A stretch of 64,000 nucleotides of DNA from a virus (Duplodnaviria > Caudoviricetes). The stretch is from positions 1 through 64,000 of IMG/VR virus record IMGVR_UViG_3300033121_001789; one strand, written 5' to 3'. Position 1 is the stretch's first letter; each line of letters starts with the position of its first letter. Positions 48,031-57,407 of the stretch are shown piece after piece. The notes below the pieces were generated by a model. It saw only the letters and a list, made by a program, of their open reading frames with translations. It did no database searches and was not told the origin of the DNA. The position numbers and the translations under genes are program-made.

Positions 48031-49524
48031 ATGGATATTAAAAAATATAACAATTTTCTAATTGATCAAAAATTATATGAAATAATAAATGAATCAATAT
48101 TAAATGAATCAATGATTCATTATAAAGAAGAATTTAGAAAAGTATTAACTAAAATGAGTTCTCCAATATCTAAAGATATTTTAGACTTAGAAAATAAAGA
48201 CATTAAAACAAATTTTAATCTTATCGACACATCAAAAGATGGATACTTATCATTTATCTCCTCAAAAACTACTTTAAAATATAAAATAACTGATAATGAT
48301 TGGACATATGAAGATTGGCCGGAATTATTCAGATCTGTTGGCGAAACTGAAGATGAATATCCCACATTACCAGATGGGACTGTCGGTGAAATAATATCTA
48401 TAATTAGTGATAAAAATTTTTCAGAAATGCCAAAAGATGGTAGAGAAATAGCTTATTTTCGATCAGATTCGGGTGAAATTTGTTTCATAGATAAAAGAGG
48501 TTTAGATTTAATAACCAAAGCAAATACACAAGAAGTAAAAATAGGAAGATTAGCATCACAACTATTACAGAATGTAAAAAATAAATATTCTGATAAAGAA
48601 ATAGAAAATTTTGTCAATGAATTTAAATCAAGATTAGATATAATTCGAGATAAATTTCGACTATTTGAATTGGTAAGTGGAGATCAAATAAGACATTTTT
48701 ATAATGAAAAACAATATGATACTAAAAAAATGGGACCTCTACACTCTAGTTGTATGAGATATCAAAAATGTCAAGTATTCTTTGGAATATACACGGATAA
48801 TCCAAGCGTTTGTCAACTTTTAATACTTAAAAGTGAGGATGAAGAAGATAAAATAGTCGGTAGAGCATTAATTTGGAAATTAATAGATGGTACTTATTTC
48901 ATGGATAGAATCTACTATGTAAATGATTCACAAGTAAATCTATTTAAAGAATATGCAATATCAAAGGGATGGTGTTATAAAATTAGACAAGAATCAAGTG
49001 ATTCAACCCCCGTAGAATTTAGTAAAGATGTTTTTTATACTGATGATATAACAGTCAAATTAGAAAAATCTGTTTTCAAAAAATATCCGTACATGGATAC
49101 TCTAAAATATCTAGATGAGGGCTCTAATATACTTTCAAATAACTCTAAATATTCTGATATTGAATTGGAATCCACAGAAGGATCAAGGGGTGAAGACTGT
49201 GGTAGATGTGATGGGGAAGGGACTGTCGAGTGTCCAGAATGTGGAGGTGACGGGACTAGAGAATGTTATAACTGTTATGGTAATGGTACTGTTGATTGTA
49301 TCGAATGTGATGATGGAAATATTGAGTGTGGAGAATGTGATGGAACTGGATATAATGATGATGAAAAATGTGATAACTGTAAGGGATCTGGTGAGGTTGA
49401 ATGCTCAAAATGTGAAGGAAGAGCTGATATAGAATGTGATAGATGTGATGGAAGAGGAGAAAGAACTTGTGGGGATTGTGATGGAGATGGTACTGTTTCT
49501 TGTCCAGAATGCAATGGAGACTAA
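48031..49524 (+). CDS. hypothetical protein with ten C-terminal CxxCxGxG-type zinc-finger repeats
   Basis: SCMRY, GRALIW, FMDRIY core, then CGRCDGEG through CPECNGD. Confidence 0.8.
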   Translation: MDIKKYNNFLIDQKLYEIINESILNESMIHYKEEFRKVLTKMSSPISKDILDLENKDIKTNFNLIDTSKDGYLSFISSKTTLKYKITDNDWTYEDWPELFRSVGETEDEYPTLPDGTVGEIISIISDKNFSEMPKDGREIAYFRSDSGEICFIDKRGLDLITKANTQEVKIGRLASQLLQNVKNKYSDKEIENFVNEFKSRLDIIRDKFRLFELVSGDQIRHFYNEKQYDTKKMGPLHSSCMRYQKCQVFFGIYTDNPSVCQLLILKSEDEEDKIVGRALIWKLIDGTYFMDRIYYVNDSQVNLFKEYAISKGWCYKIRQESSDSTPVEFSKDVFYTDDITVKLEKSVFKKYPYMDTLKYLDEGSNILSNNSKYSDIELESTEGSRGEDCGRCDGEGTVECPECGGDGTRECYNCYGNGTVDCIECDDGNIECGECDGTGYNDDEKCDNCKGSGEVECSKCEGRADIECDRCDGRGERTCGDCDGDGTVSCPECNGD

Positions 49525-50000
49525 AAATCCACATCCAAATACTCATAAACTTGCTGTGTTCTTGTATTTCTAAATTCCAAATCAACTCTTCGATATACCT
49601 GATATTCAAAGTACTTCGATGTTTTAAACAATGAACGAATAAATGGAATCTCATTCGATTCGAGTTGTGACTCATCAACCATTAAGCAAAGAATTTTAGT
49701 ATCATCCTCAGGATCATAATTAATAACAGCGTTATCTAAATCTCTATTTAGATTCTTCTTACCAAATGCTATAAATTTAGATGTTATTTTTTCTTTTTTG
49801 GGTAAATATGTTATTTCAAAATCATCACCAGTTTGTAAGTCTTCGACAACATCCTTTAATAGGATTCTTATCCAAAGATAAACCTTTTGCTTTTCTATTT
49901 CCCTTACCTGTAAATCATTATCAGTATTATATGATAATTCATCAGTATCAAGATTTCTTATTTGATTAAGAATATCCTCGTATATTCCAATTTTTTCCAT
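49521..50000 (-). CDS. hypothetical protein
   Basis: ORF track. Confidence 0.7.
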   Translation of the reverse strand: MEKIGIYEDILNQIRNLDTDELSYNTDNDLQVREIEKQKVYLWIRILLKDVVEDLQTGDDFEITYLPKKEKITSKFIAFGKKNLNRDLDNAVINYDPEDDTKILCLMVDESQLESNEIPFIRSLFKTSKYFEYQVYRRVDLEFRNTRTQQVYEYLDVDF

Positions 50001-50014
50001 TTCTATTATTATTT

Positions 50015-50224
50015 TTATCCAGGAAAGGCAGCAACAACAATTCCTTTCAATACCCTAAAGTTAATTCTATTTCCCTTAACTGACATGTCCAACATTTTAA
50101 CGTCTCCATCCTCCTCAACGATTCTTGTTATAAATCCACCATTCTCGGCATATTTAGTAGCTTCTTGTAATGTTAATCCTTTGTAATCGGATTCTCTTAC
50201 CATTCCATTATTTCTTAATTCCAT
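50015..50224 (-). CDS. protease-inhibitor-like protein (I78/potato inhibitor I fold)
   Basis: YKGLTLQEA...RIVEEDG...NRINFRVLKGIVV...G. Confidence 0.55.
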   Translation of the reverse strand: MELRNNGMVRESDYKGLTLQEATKYAENGGFITRIVEEDGDVKMLDMSVKGNRINFRVLKGIVVAAFPG

Positions 50225-50307
50225 TTTTATTATTATTTTTTAATTATATATTTAAAAAAAATAAATGTTTATTAAAAGGGAAACCCAACCATATAATATA
50301 TATTATC

Positions 50308-51135
50308 ATGAATAATTCCGGAATTTATAAAATAATATGTTTAATAGATTATAAAATTTATATAGGATCTGCCAAAAATTTAGACAAGAGATGGAGAAGA
50401 CATTTAAACGATCTAAAATCAGGTAAACATATAAATATTCATCTACAAAGGGCCTTTAATAAATATGGAATTGAAAATTTTCGATTTGAAATTTTAGAAA
50501 TTTGTGATTATGATAGCATATTACAACGAGAACAATTTTACTTAGATAAATTTAGACCATTCGAAATTGGATTCAATATAGGATCAAAATCTTCTGGAGG
50601 TGACAATCTAACTAATAATCCAAATAGAGAAAAAATTATTCTAAAAATAAAAAACTCTATAAATAAAAATATTTCTAAAATGTCAAAAGAAGAAAGGAAG
50701 AGAAAGTGGTCCAATCCAGGAAAATTTAATCCGAATTTTAGAAAAAAATGGTCAGAAGAACAAAAAAATAAAGCGTCTGAGAATCAAAAAAATAACCCAA
50801 ATAACCACTTCAAACTGAATAAAAATAAAACAAATATAGAAATATATGGAAAGGATAAGGCTATGGAAATAAGCAAAAAGTTATCCAATCATGCCTCTAC
50901 CAGGACAGGTGAAAAAAATCCATTTTTTAACAAAAAACATTCAAAAGAAAGTAAAGATAAAATTAGTAAAAGCCGAAAAGGGAAAAAGCCAACAAATAGG
51001 AAAAAAATTTCAATTAAAGAAATTATATATGAATCGTATGCTGATGCTTCGAAATCATTAAATATACCTATTGTGACTATAAGATGGAGATGCTTATCAA
51101 AAAATTCTAAATTTGAATCGTATAAACTAATTTGA
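50308..51135 (+). CDS. GIY-YIG homing endonuclease (I-TevI-like, NUMOD3), free-standing beside thymidylate synthase
   Basis: SGIYKI...IYIGSA..L.KRW; NPFFNKKHSKESKDKIS; start moved to MNNSGIY. Confidence 0.9.
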   Translation: MNNSGIYKIICLIDYKIYIGSAKNLDKRWRRHLNDLKSGKHINIHLQRAFNKYGIENFRFEILEICDYDSILQREQFYLDKFRPFEIGFNIGSKSSGGDNLTNNPNREKIILKIKNSINKNISKMSKEERKRKWSNPGKFNPNFRKKWSEEQKNKASENQKNNPNNHFKLNKNKTNIEIYGKDKAMEISKKLSNHASTRTGEKNPFFNKKHSKESKDKISKSRKGKKPTNRKKISIKEIIYESYADASKSLNIPIVTIRWRCLSKNSKFESYKLI

Positions 51136-52242
51136 TAATTCTGCTCTAATTGCATGTGATGATTTATAACCCAAAATCTTAATATCCTCAAAAGATATAT
51201 CAAAAATTGGCTTTTTGCTTATTTCAATATAAGGTAATTTAAAAGTTTCTTGAGTTAATTGTAATTTAGCCTGTTCAATATGATTTGTGTAGAGATGAGC
51301 GTCTCCAATTGATAATATTAGATCACATGGTGACATATTGACTTCATTAGATAATAAGTGTAGCAATAATGCATAGGAAGCTATATTAAAAGGACAACCT
51401 AAAAATATATCATTTGATCTGATTGTGACTTTTAAACTCAATTTTCTTTTTGGAAAGTTAAGTTTATCGAGATTTTCATGTGTCATATCTTCACCATATG
51501 AGATATTTTTATTTATGGATTTACACCACCTCTGTACTCGTTCCGATAAATTCATTTCAGATGTATAACATTGAAATCCATAGTGACAAGGTGGAAGAAC
51601 CATTTTATCTAAATCACCGACATTCCAAGCATTGACCATCAATCGCCTAGAATCAGGACTTAATTTAAGATCATTAATCAAATTTGATATTTGATCTATT
51701 CCATTAGTATTTTTGATATACCTCTCGAATCCATAACTTTCATCTAAACTTTTGTGATACCCATCCCAATTTCTCCACTGTTTTCCATAAACTGGTCCTA
51801 ACTCTCCCCACTTTTTAGAAAATTCATAGTCAGTTTTTATTTTTTGAATGAATTCCTCCTGTGAATAATGAATATAATTAGGATATCCGCTATTAAATTC
51901 GATACCATCCGCCTTAAAATGTTTTTGTCTTTCTGAAAGAACAATCGAATCTATATTTGTACTAACATATTTTTTATAGGCATCCCCATCCCAAATATGC
52001 ACATCATTATCGACTAGATATTTAATATTTGTATCTCCCCTTAAAAACCATATGAGCTCATGTATTATTCCTTTGGTGAACATTTTCTTGGATGTTAGTA
52101 GTGGAAATCCCTCATCCATATTAAACTTCATTGTATGATCAAAAATAGATATCGTGCCAGTTCCGGTTCTATCCATTTTGGTCACTCCATTTTTTAAAAT
52201 TTTCCTAACCAAATCAAAATATTGTTTATCCGCATTATTCAT
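51127..52242 (-). CDS. thyA: thymidylate synthase
   Basis: DRTGTGT, FPLLTSKK, ELIWF, LGPVYG.QWR, LPPCH, RSND.FLG.PFN. Confidence 0.97.
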   Translation of the reverse strand: MNNADKQYFDLVRKILKNGVTKMDRTGTGTISIFDHTMKFNMDEGFPLLTSKKMFTKGIIHELIWFLRGDTNIKYLVDNDVHIWDGDAYKKYVSTNIDSIVLSERQKHFKADGIEFNSGYPNYIHYSQEEFIQKIKTDYEFSKKWGELGPVYGKQWRNWDGYHKSLDESYGFERYIKNTNGIDQISNLINDLKLSPDSRRLMVNAWNVGDLDKMVLPPCHYGFQCYTSEMNLSERVQRWCKSINKNISYGEDMTHENLDKLNFPKRKLSLKVTIRSNDIFLGCPFNIASYALLLHLLSNEVNMSPCDLILSIGDAHLYTNHIEQAKLQLTQETFKLPYIEISKKPIFDISFEDIKILGYKSSHAIRAELSN

Positions 52243-52399
52243 TAGTATTATTAATTTTTGTCTCTAATTGTTTAATTCTATGTACTACTTTTTTTATCTT
52301 ATCAAGTCTGCTGCCCTTTCCTAAGATAGATTTTATAATTTCCCTATCTATAGCAATCTCTTTTGATAATAAATCAATTAGTTCTTTCTCTGAGTCCAC
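52235..52399 (-). CDS. 54-aa protein resembling a gp23 capsid helix (not in ORF track)
   Basis: GTG start; MDSEKELIDLLSKEIAIDREIIKSIL; fills the gap between Fpg/Nei and thyA. Confidence 0.45.
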   Translation of the reverse strand: MDSEKELIDLLSKEIAIDREIIKSILGKGSRLDKIKKVVHRIKQLETKINNTNE

Positions 52400-53165
52400 T
52401 TTCTATCTTCCATTTTGAATCGAACCAAAATGTCCGATTATTAGAATCTTTTATTGAAGATCCTTTTTGGTAAAAAACCCATTTATCAAATTCATCAGAA
52501 TCACCATCAAATGGATTTTTCCAATCTTTTATTTGACCACCATTAAAGTTATAAGCTGTCAATGCCACATCACGACACATATCAATGATAGATTCATTTT
52601 GATTTATAGCCTCCCTACCAGATATAAAGGGATTAATATCGGCATAATAAATTATAGTACTACGAAGATAATTCCCTATTCCATTAAAATATTTCTGATT
52701 CAACAAAACCTCATAGATAGGTTTGTCAAAATCTTTATTTTTCAAATTTTTTAATATATTAGACTTAAAATTATCAAAATCATCTACTGGATCAGGTCCT
52801 CTTTTTGTACCCTTAAAAGGATATTGTACCGAGTATTTTGGACCCATATAACCACCATATAAAAGAAGTGAATTTCCAGTTTCATCATCTATTCTTAATC
52901 TAACAAACTTAGTACGACTCCATTCATCGGTAGAAACATATGTCCAATTACCACTCATTCCCATAAAAACATAAATTGATAAACTATCAAGATTAAGTAT
53001 CAATTCCTTACCAATAGACTTTGAATTAATTCTAAAATTACACAAATTATCAAACTCTTGTGGGATATTACCCTTTTTGACATGAAAGGCTTTTGTAAAT
53101 TTTTTGTCTTTGGAACAATGATTTATAAATTTAGACATGATCCGAAGTTCAGGTAATTCTGGCAT
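52374..53165 (-). CDS. Fpg/Nei family DNA glycosylase
   Basis: MPELPE; GKEL; MGMSG; GPD; LLNQKYFNGIGNYL (H2TH); zincless finger. Confidence 0.92.
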   Translation of the reverse strand: MPELPELRIMSKFINHCSKDKKFTKAFHVKKGNIPQEFDNLCNFRINSKSIGKELILNLDSLSIYVFMGMSGNWTYVSTDEWSRTKFVRLRIDDETGNSLLLYGGYMGPKYSVQYPFKGTKRGPDPVDDFDNFKSNILKNLKNKDFDKPIYEVLLNQKYFNGIGNYLRSTIIYYADINPFISGREAINQNESIIDMCRDVALTAYNFNGGQIKDWKNPFDGDSDEFDKWVFYQKGSSIKDSNNRTFWFDSKWKIESGLRERTN

Positions 53166-53195
53166 GTATATTATAATTAAATTGAAATAGTAAGT

Positions 53196-53501
53196 TTATA
53201 AAAGAATATCAATGACAATGTCTCTTTTTATTTGGACATCTATTGGATAGAATTTTTCTATCTCTGTGATAATTTCTACTTCTTGTAAGGTATTTAATTT
53301 ATGTGAAGCATAAATATATTTTTCTGATGCAAAACAAAAATCAACATAATAAACATCCTTTGGATGTTTCAATAAATTTGGATTTGACCATTGCTTGGGT
53401 ATGACATCTATAATTAACTGATTGTATATAAATCGGTTTTTATTTTCTGATAGTGAAAATCCGAGCTTAAATAGTATATTAAATAACTTACTCTTCTCCA
53501 T
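53196..53501 (-). CDS. hypothetical protein with the shared C-terminal motif
   Basis: Ends KRDIVIDILL. Confidence 0.7.
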   Translation of the reverse strand: MEKSKLFNILFKLGFSLSENKNRFIYNQLIIDVIPKQWSNPNLLKHPKDVYYVDFCFASEKYIYASHKLNTLQEVEIITEIEKFYPIDVQIKRDIVIDILL

Positions 53502-53835
53502 GTATAATACACAATTTGTTGATTATTCTATTATTAATACCCCAATACTGATTATTATCAGATTTCGGACAAGAGCATTTTGGTATATTATACCAATCAT
53601 GTTTGGTTGAATCCAACTTAAATCCCCAAAGTCTCTGCAATTGATAATTTATTTGTGTAATAATATTAGAATAGTTTCTAAGTTGCGTCTTATCATCTGT
53701 TACTTCCATTATATCATAAAAACAACATCGAATTTTTTGTAACTTTTCTATCTTTAACCTAGTATTAATATCAATCCCTTTCGCCCTTAAAAGAGATTGA
53801 TTAATACCATTATATTTATGTTTTCCAAAAATCAT
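53488..53835 (-). CDS. hypothetical phage protein with a Cys/His cluster
   Basis: LQRLWGF...HDW...PKCSCPKSDN...CIIHG. Confidence 0.7.
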   Translation of the reverse strand: MIFGKHKYNGINQSLLRAKGIDINTRLKIEKLQKIRCCFYDIMEVTDDKTQLRNYSNIITQINYQLQRLWGFKLDSTKHDWYNIPKCSCPKSDNNQYWGINNRIINKLCIIHGEE

Positions 53836-54356
53836 ATTGAGAAGTCTATAATTTCATGTTCATCAATAGGCTTTCTATTTTCATTAGAAATTAAGTTAAA
53901 TCTCTTACACTGATCTAAAATATATTTAGAGTGATCTAAATATTTTTCATTTACATATCCTAAGGTTAAGTGTAAACCAAAATAAGGATCTCTACTTAAA
54001 CCCATAGCCTCTCTGATATTTTCACTATCTGGAGAGTGTGCTCTTAACCACCAATGTTGGCCATTAGATCTTGGTTCAATTTCTAAATAAAAATCGATTT
54101 CTTTATTATTGAAAACTTTAGCAGCTTGACTAAAAACATCCTTATCAAGTCTATCATTAATAAATGTTATGTGAGTTCTTCTTAAATTTTTATTTAACTC
54201 TAAATTAAATCTCTTCTTTAAGAACCAAGCATAATACCTATCAAGATCGCAATCGGTTTTAATAATGGCAACTCTCTTCCAAACAGATTGAGATCTATGT
54301 TTCCTGGTTTTATCCTCAGGACTAAATTCTAATATGCCTCTATATTTAATTAACAT
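53832..54356 (-). CDS. 2H-phosphoesterase-like protein
   Basis: Two HxT motifs, THITF and LHLTL; start moved to MLIKYRG. Confidence 0.65.
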   Translation of the reverse strand: MLIKYRGILEFSPEDKTRKHRSQSVWKRVAIIKTDCDLDRYYAWFLKKRFNLELNKNLRRTHITFINDRLDKDVFSQAAKVFNNKEIDFYLEIEPRSNGQHWWLRAHSPDSENIREAMGLSRDPYFGLHLTLGYVNEKYLDHSKYILDQCKRFNLISNENRKPIDEHEIIDFSI

Positions 54357-54423
54357 TTGAGTGTAAAAATACAAAAAAATCGAAAAAAATCAAAAGAAAA
54401 ACAGATTTTAATATATATAGCTA

Positions 54424-54816
54424 ATGATACTAATAATAATTTTATCTTATATTTTTTGGATTCTTTATTCCTTTATTGAGGGTATTCGAGAAGCAAATCT
54501 TAGAAAAAACGCACCGAAATCTGAGGTAAAACTCAAAATGTATAATCTACAAAGAATTGGTGTATTGTTGATGGTATCAATACTATTATATTTCAAAATA
54601 AAATTTTTGGCTATATTAGTATTTACATCTATGTTGTTAACATTTCCATATATACATAACGGAACATATTTTTCAACAAGAAATAGACTATCTCCAATAG
54701 AAGGATTTTGTAAAGATAGTGATGATGAAAAACTATCAATACATTTTAATTATAAAATAAGATCAAGATTGATAATAATCGGAATTGCATTAATTATTCT
54801 ATCATGTTTTATATAA
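54424..54816 (+). CDS. membrane protein
   Basis: Several hydrophobic segments; TAATATATA at 54409-54417. Confidence 0.7.
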   Translation: MILIIILSYIFWILYSFIEGIREANLRKNAPKSEVKLKMYNLQRIGVLLMVSILLYFKIKFLAILVFTSMLLTFPYIHNGTYFSTRNRLSPIEGFCKDSDDEKLSIHFNYKIRSRLIIIGIALIILSCFI

Positions 54817-54831
54817 AAAATAATAATAATT

Positions 54832-55011
54832 ATGGGCGACTTAATTAAAAAAACTACTTTGTCTGATGAGGAAATTTCCTTACTAAGAGAAAAATTTCTG
54901 GTTGAATATTCTAAGAAAAAAGGATGGAATCCTAAAGAATTATCAACAACACAAATGTTAGAAATAGCTACTCAGAAAGAGTACAAAAATCCAGGTTTAA
55001 TATTAGGATAA
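54832..55011 (+). CDS. 59-aa hypothetical protein (not in ORF track)
   Basis: MGDLIKKTTLSDEEISLLREKF...KKGWNPKELS...PGLILG*. Confidence 0.65.
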   Translation: MGDLIKKTTLSDEEISLLREKFLVEYSKKKGWNPKELSTTQMLEIATQKEYKNPGLILG

Positions 55012-56043
55012 TCTAAAAATTAGATCTAGATCTGATACCGGTATATTTTCTAATTCCTCAATAAGGTACATTAAATCTTCTCTATCTCCTAAATGTTCTG
55101 AAATGCCATCATGTTCAACTATACAGGTTTTACCATCCCACTTAATGCCTGTTAGATTGTAATAGCAATCCTGTCTTAGGATCCAAGAATAAATAAAAGA
55201 TCTTTCCTCCAAAAGTCTCTCATGTGAAAGTTTTGCCTTCCATTTTTCCTCTCCTATCCAAACATTTATTGTTGATGATTCAGGTGAATCATATGATACC
55301 TTATATCTATCATAATCATATTTAATATGCGGATCTCTCATAATAGGAAGAGAATTCCAATCGACTTTAACCACCGCTTCACAAAGTTGTGATAAAAATA
55401 AAATATCTTGCTTTTCACAAAATTGATGTTCGTTAAAATAACCAACAGATATATTTGTACACTCTGGGATAACTTCCATAAATGATGCGGAATCTGTAAA
55501 AACTCCTGTGCTATCCGGACGATAGTCAAATGATAAATTAGCTTTATTCAAAGATTTTGATAATTCCTTAGCGAATTCATCTGAGCAGCAAGGACCATAT
55601 AATTGTTCAGTTATAACCGAATTATAACCTCGTCTATCAAAAGAGACACACTTATTATACCCCATAAAAAATGGGGAATCCGCAACAGCAGAGGACCCAA
55701 GACCACCTACTTCTTCACCAAGGAAGAAATAATAAAGACCTGGTACTTTATTATGAATCATATAAAGCATGATCGTTACACCAGCTTTATCATCAGCTCC
55801 TAATATTGTTTTACCATCTGTTTTAATGAAACGACTTCCAATATGGTGTTTAACTTTCTCAAATTTAGTACAACAAGTATCTAAATGTGATGTAAATAAT
55901 GTATCACTATCTCCAATTTTTAAATAGTAATTTCCAAAATCATCCTCTCTTATCCCCTTAGGGAGTAAATCTTTGAGTTTATACTCAGTTTCATACGGAT
56001 ATGTATATTTTGTAAGTTGTAAGAATGTTTCTCGTATATTCAT
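55003..56043 (-). CDS. M20/M28-family zinc peptidase-like protein
   Basis: TSHLDT, LGADDKAG, GEEVG, FDRRG, NISVGYFNEH; TATATTTG at 56047-56054 favours the ATG at 56043. Confidence 0.85.
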   Translation of the reverse strand: MNIRETFLQLTKYTYPYETEYKLKDLLPKGIREDDFGNYYLKIGDSDTLFTSHLDTCCTKFEKVKHHIGSRFIKTDGKTILGADDKAGVTIMLYMIHNKVPGLYYFFLGEEVGGLGSSAVADSPFFMGYNKCVSFDRRGYNSVITEQLYGPCCSDEFAKELSKSLNKANLSFDYRPDSTGVFTDSASFMEVIPECTNISVGYFNEHQFCEKQDILFLSQLCEAVVKVDWNSLPIMRDPHIKYDYDRYKVSYDSPESSTINVWIGEEKWKAKLSHERLLEERSFIYSWILRQDCYYNLTGIKWDGKTCIVEHDGISEHLGDREDLMYLIEELENIPVSDLDLIFRLS

Positions 56044-56060
56044 ACACAAATATACGAAAT

Positions 56061-56603
56061 TTAATTAATATTTCCTAATAAATTGTCTAATTTAAAATCC
56101 CTAATATATTGTGTTTTAAGAGATTCTAAGTCGGTTTCCCAACCATCTACTAATGACTTAATCATATAATTTTTATTGGATAAAAAGTTACCATCAGTAA
56201 TAATAGTATCAAATTGATATATTGTATCGAATCTACAAGTAGCATCAAATACTCTACCCTTTTTTAAAAATCCATCTCTTTTCTCACGAATAAAATAATC
56301 ATGAGTATCTTCAATAATAAATATTATATCAATATTTGGCACAATTTTTCTAATTTCCCTTAAATACCATTTAACGTCGTATGGGTAGATAATTGCGATA
56401 ATGTCAATATTATAAAGATGATCTTTTATTTCATCCAACACCTTATTAATTTGAATGTTTTTTGTAACTCCGATATCTTTTCCGATACCAAGTATATTCT
56501 TGCCTAAAAGTTCTTGAAAATCAAGAACTCTTTTTATGCCGTATATAGAAGAGGCATCAGTTTTTACAAAAAGATTATTAGATTTGAGTTTTATCACAAA
56601 CAA
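56061..56603 (-). CDS. hypothetical protein with the shared C-terminal motif
   Basis: Ends IRDFKLDNLLGNIN. Confidence 0.7.
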   Translation of the reverse strand: MFVIKLKSNNLFVKTDASSIYGIKRVLDFQELLGKNILGIGKDIGVTKNIQINKVLDEIKDHLYNIDIIAIIYPYDVKWYLREIRKIVPNIDIIFIIEDTHDYFIREKRDGFLKKGRVFDATCRFDTIYQFDTIITDGNFLSNKNYMIKSLVDGWETDLESLKTQYIRDFKLDNLLGNIN

Positions 56604-56642
56604 AAGTTTATTATATAAATATAATTAAAAAAAAATTATAAG

Positions 56643-57407
56643 TTGTCAAGTTCATACATATTTAGTTTCATAATAGCCTATCGACATAAATCAGATAGAA
56701 TCACAAATCTTAAAAGAGTAATTGATTGGGTACTTGGTTTCAACGGTGTTGAATTAATAATTGTTGAGCAAGACTCTTCACCAAAACTTCCCCCATTTTC
56801 ACTTAGAGGATTTAAATATATTTTCACTAAATCAAATTTGCCATTTAATAAATCTTGGGCATTTAATGTAGGAACTAAACATGCAACAACAAATGCTATC
56901 ATATTCGGAGATTCTGATTTAATAATGGATCCGAATGAATTTATTGGTTGCTTAAAATTACTCGAAAATTATGAATCTGTCAATCCTTATAGTAAGGTAA
57001 TTGATTTATTAGTTCAGGAAAATGGACTCACAATAGATCAACTAAAATCTATAAATAGACCAGGAAGGGGAGAAACAGACATACAAAAAACCCCAATAGC
57101 AGGAGGTATAATCATGTTTAGAAAAGATGCCTTAATAAAAATTGGCGGATGGTCTGAAGACTTTATTGGTTGGGGAGGAGAAGATAATTACCAATCACAC
57201 AAAATAAAACAACTATTAAATTGGACTGAGATGCCAAACAGATGTTACCATTTATATCATGAAAAAGTTAGACCTGATAATCTGTTTTATCAAAGGAATT
57301 TACAACTACTAAACAAACTAATTAATTTCCCAATAGAGGAGACAAAAAAGTATATTAATTCATCAGCTCCAAAAAATGGAATGAAGAATAAATATCACGA
57401 TAAATAA
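56643..57407 (+). CDS. glycosyltransferase (GT2/GT7-like)
   Basis: SFIIAYR, IVEQD, FNKSWAFNVG, DSD, GGWSEDFIGWGGED, YHLYH. Confidence 0.88.
   Translation: MSSSYIFSFIIAYRHKSDRITNLKRVIDWVLGFNGVELIIVEQDSSPKLPPFSLRGFKYIFTKSNLPFNKSWAFNVGTKHATTNAIIFGDSDLIMDPNEFIGCLKLLENYESVNPYSKVIDLLVQENGLTIDQLKSINRPGRGETDIQKTPIAGGIIMFRKDALIKIGGWSEDFIGWGGEDNYQSHKIKQLLNWTEMPNRCYHLYHEKVRPDNLFYQRNLQLLNKLINFPIEETKKYINSSAPKNGMKNKYHDK

Noticed and set aside
49115-49678. Alternative-frame and antisense ORFs over the zinc-finger repeats
   Set aside because: They are shadows of the TGT/GAT/GGA-rich repeat region.
50308-52242. Group I intron in thymidylate synthase (T4 td-like)
   Set aside because: thyA is uninterrupted; the GIY-YIG gene is free-standing on the opposite strand.
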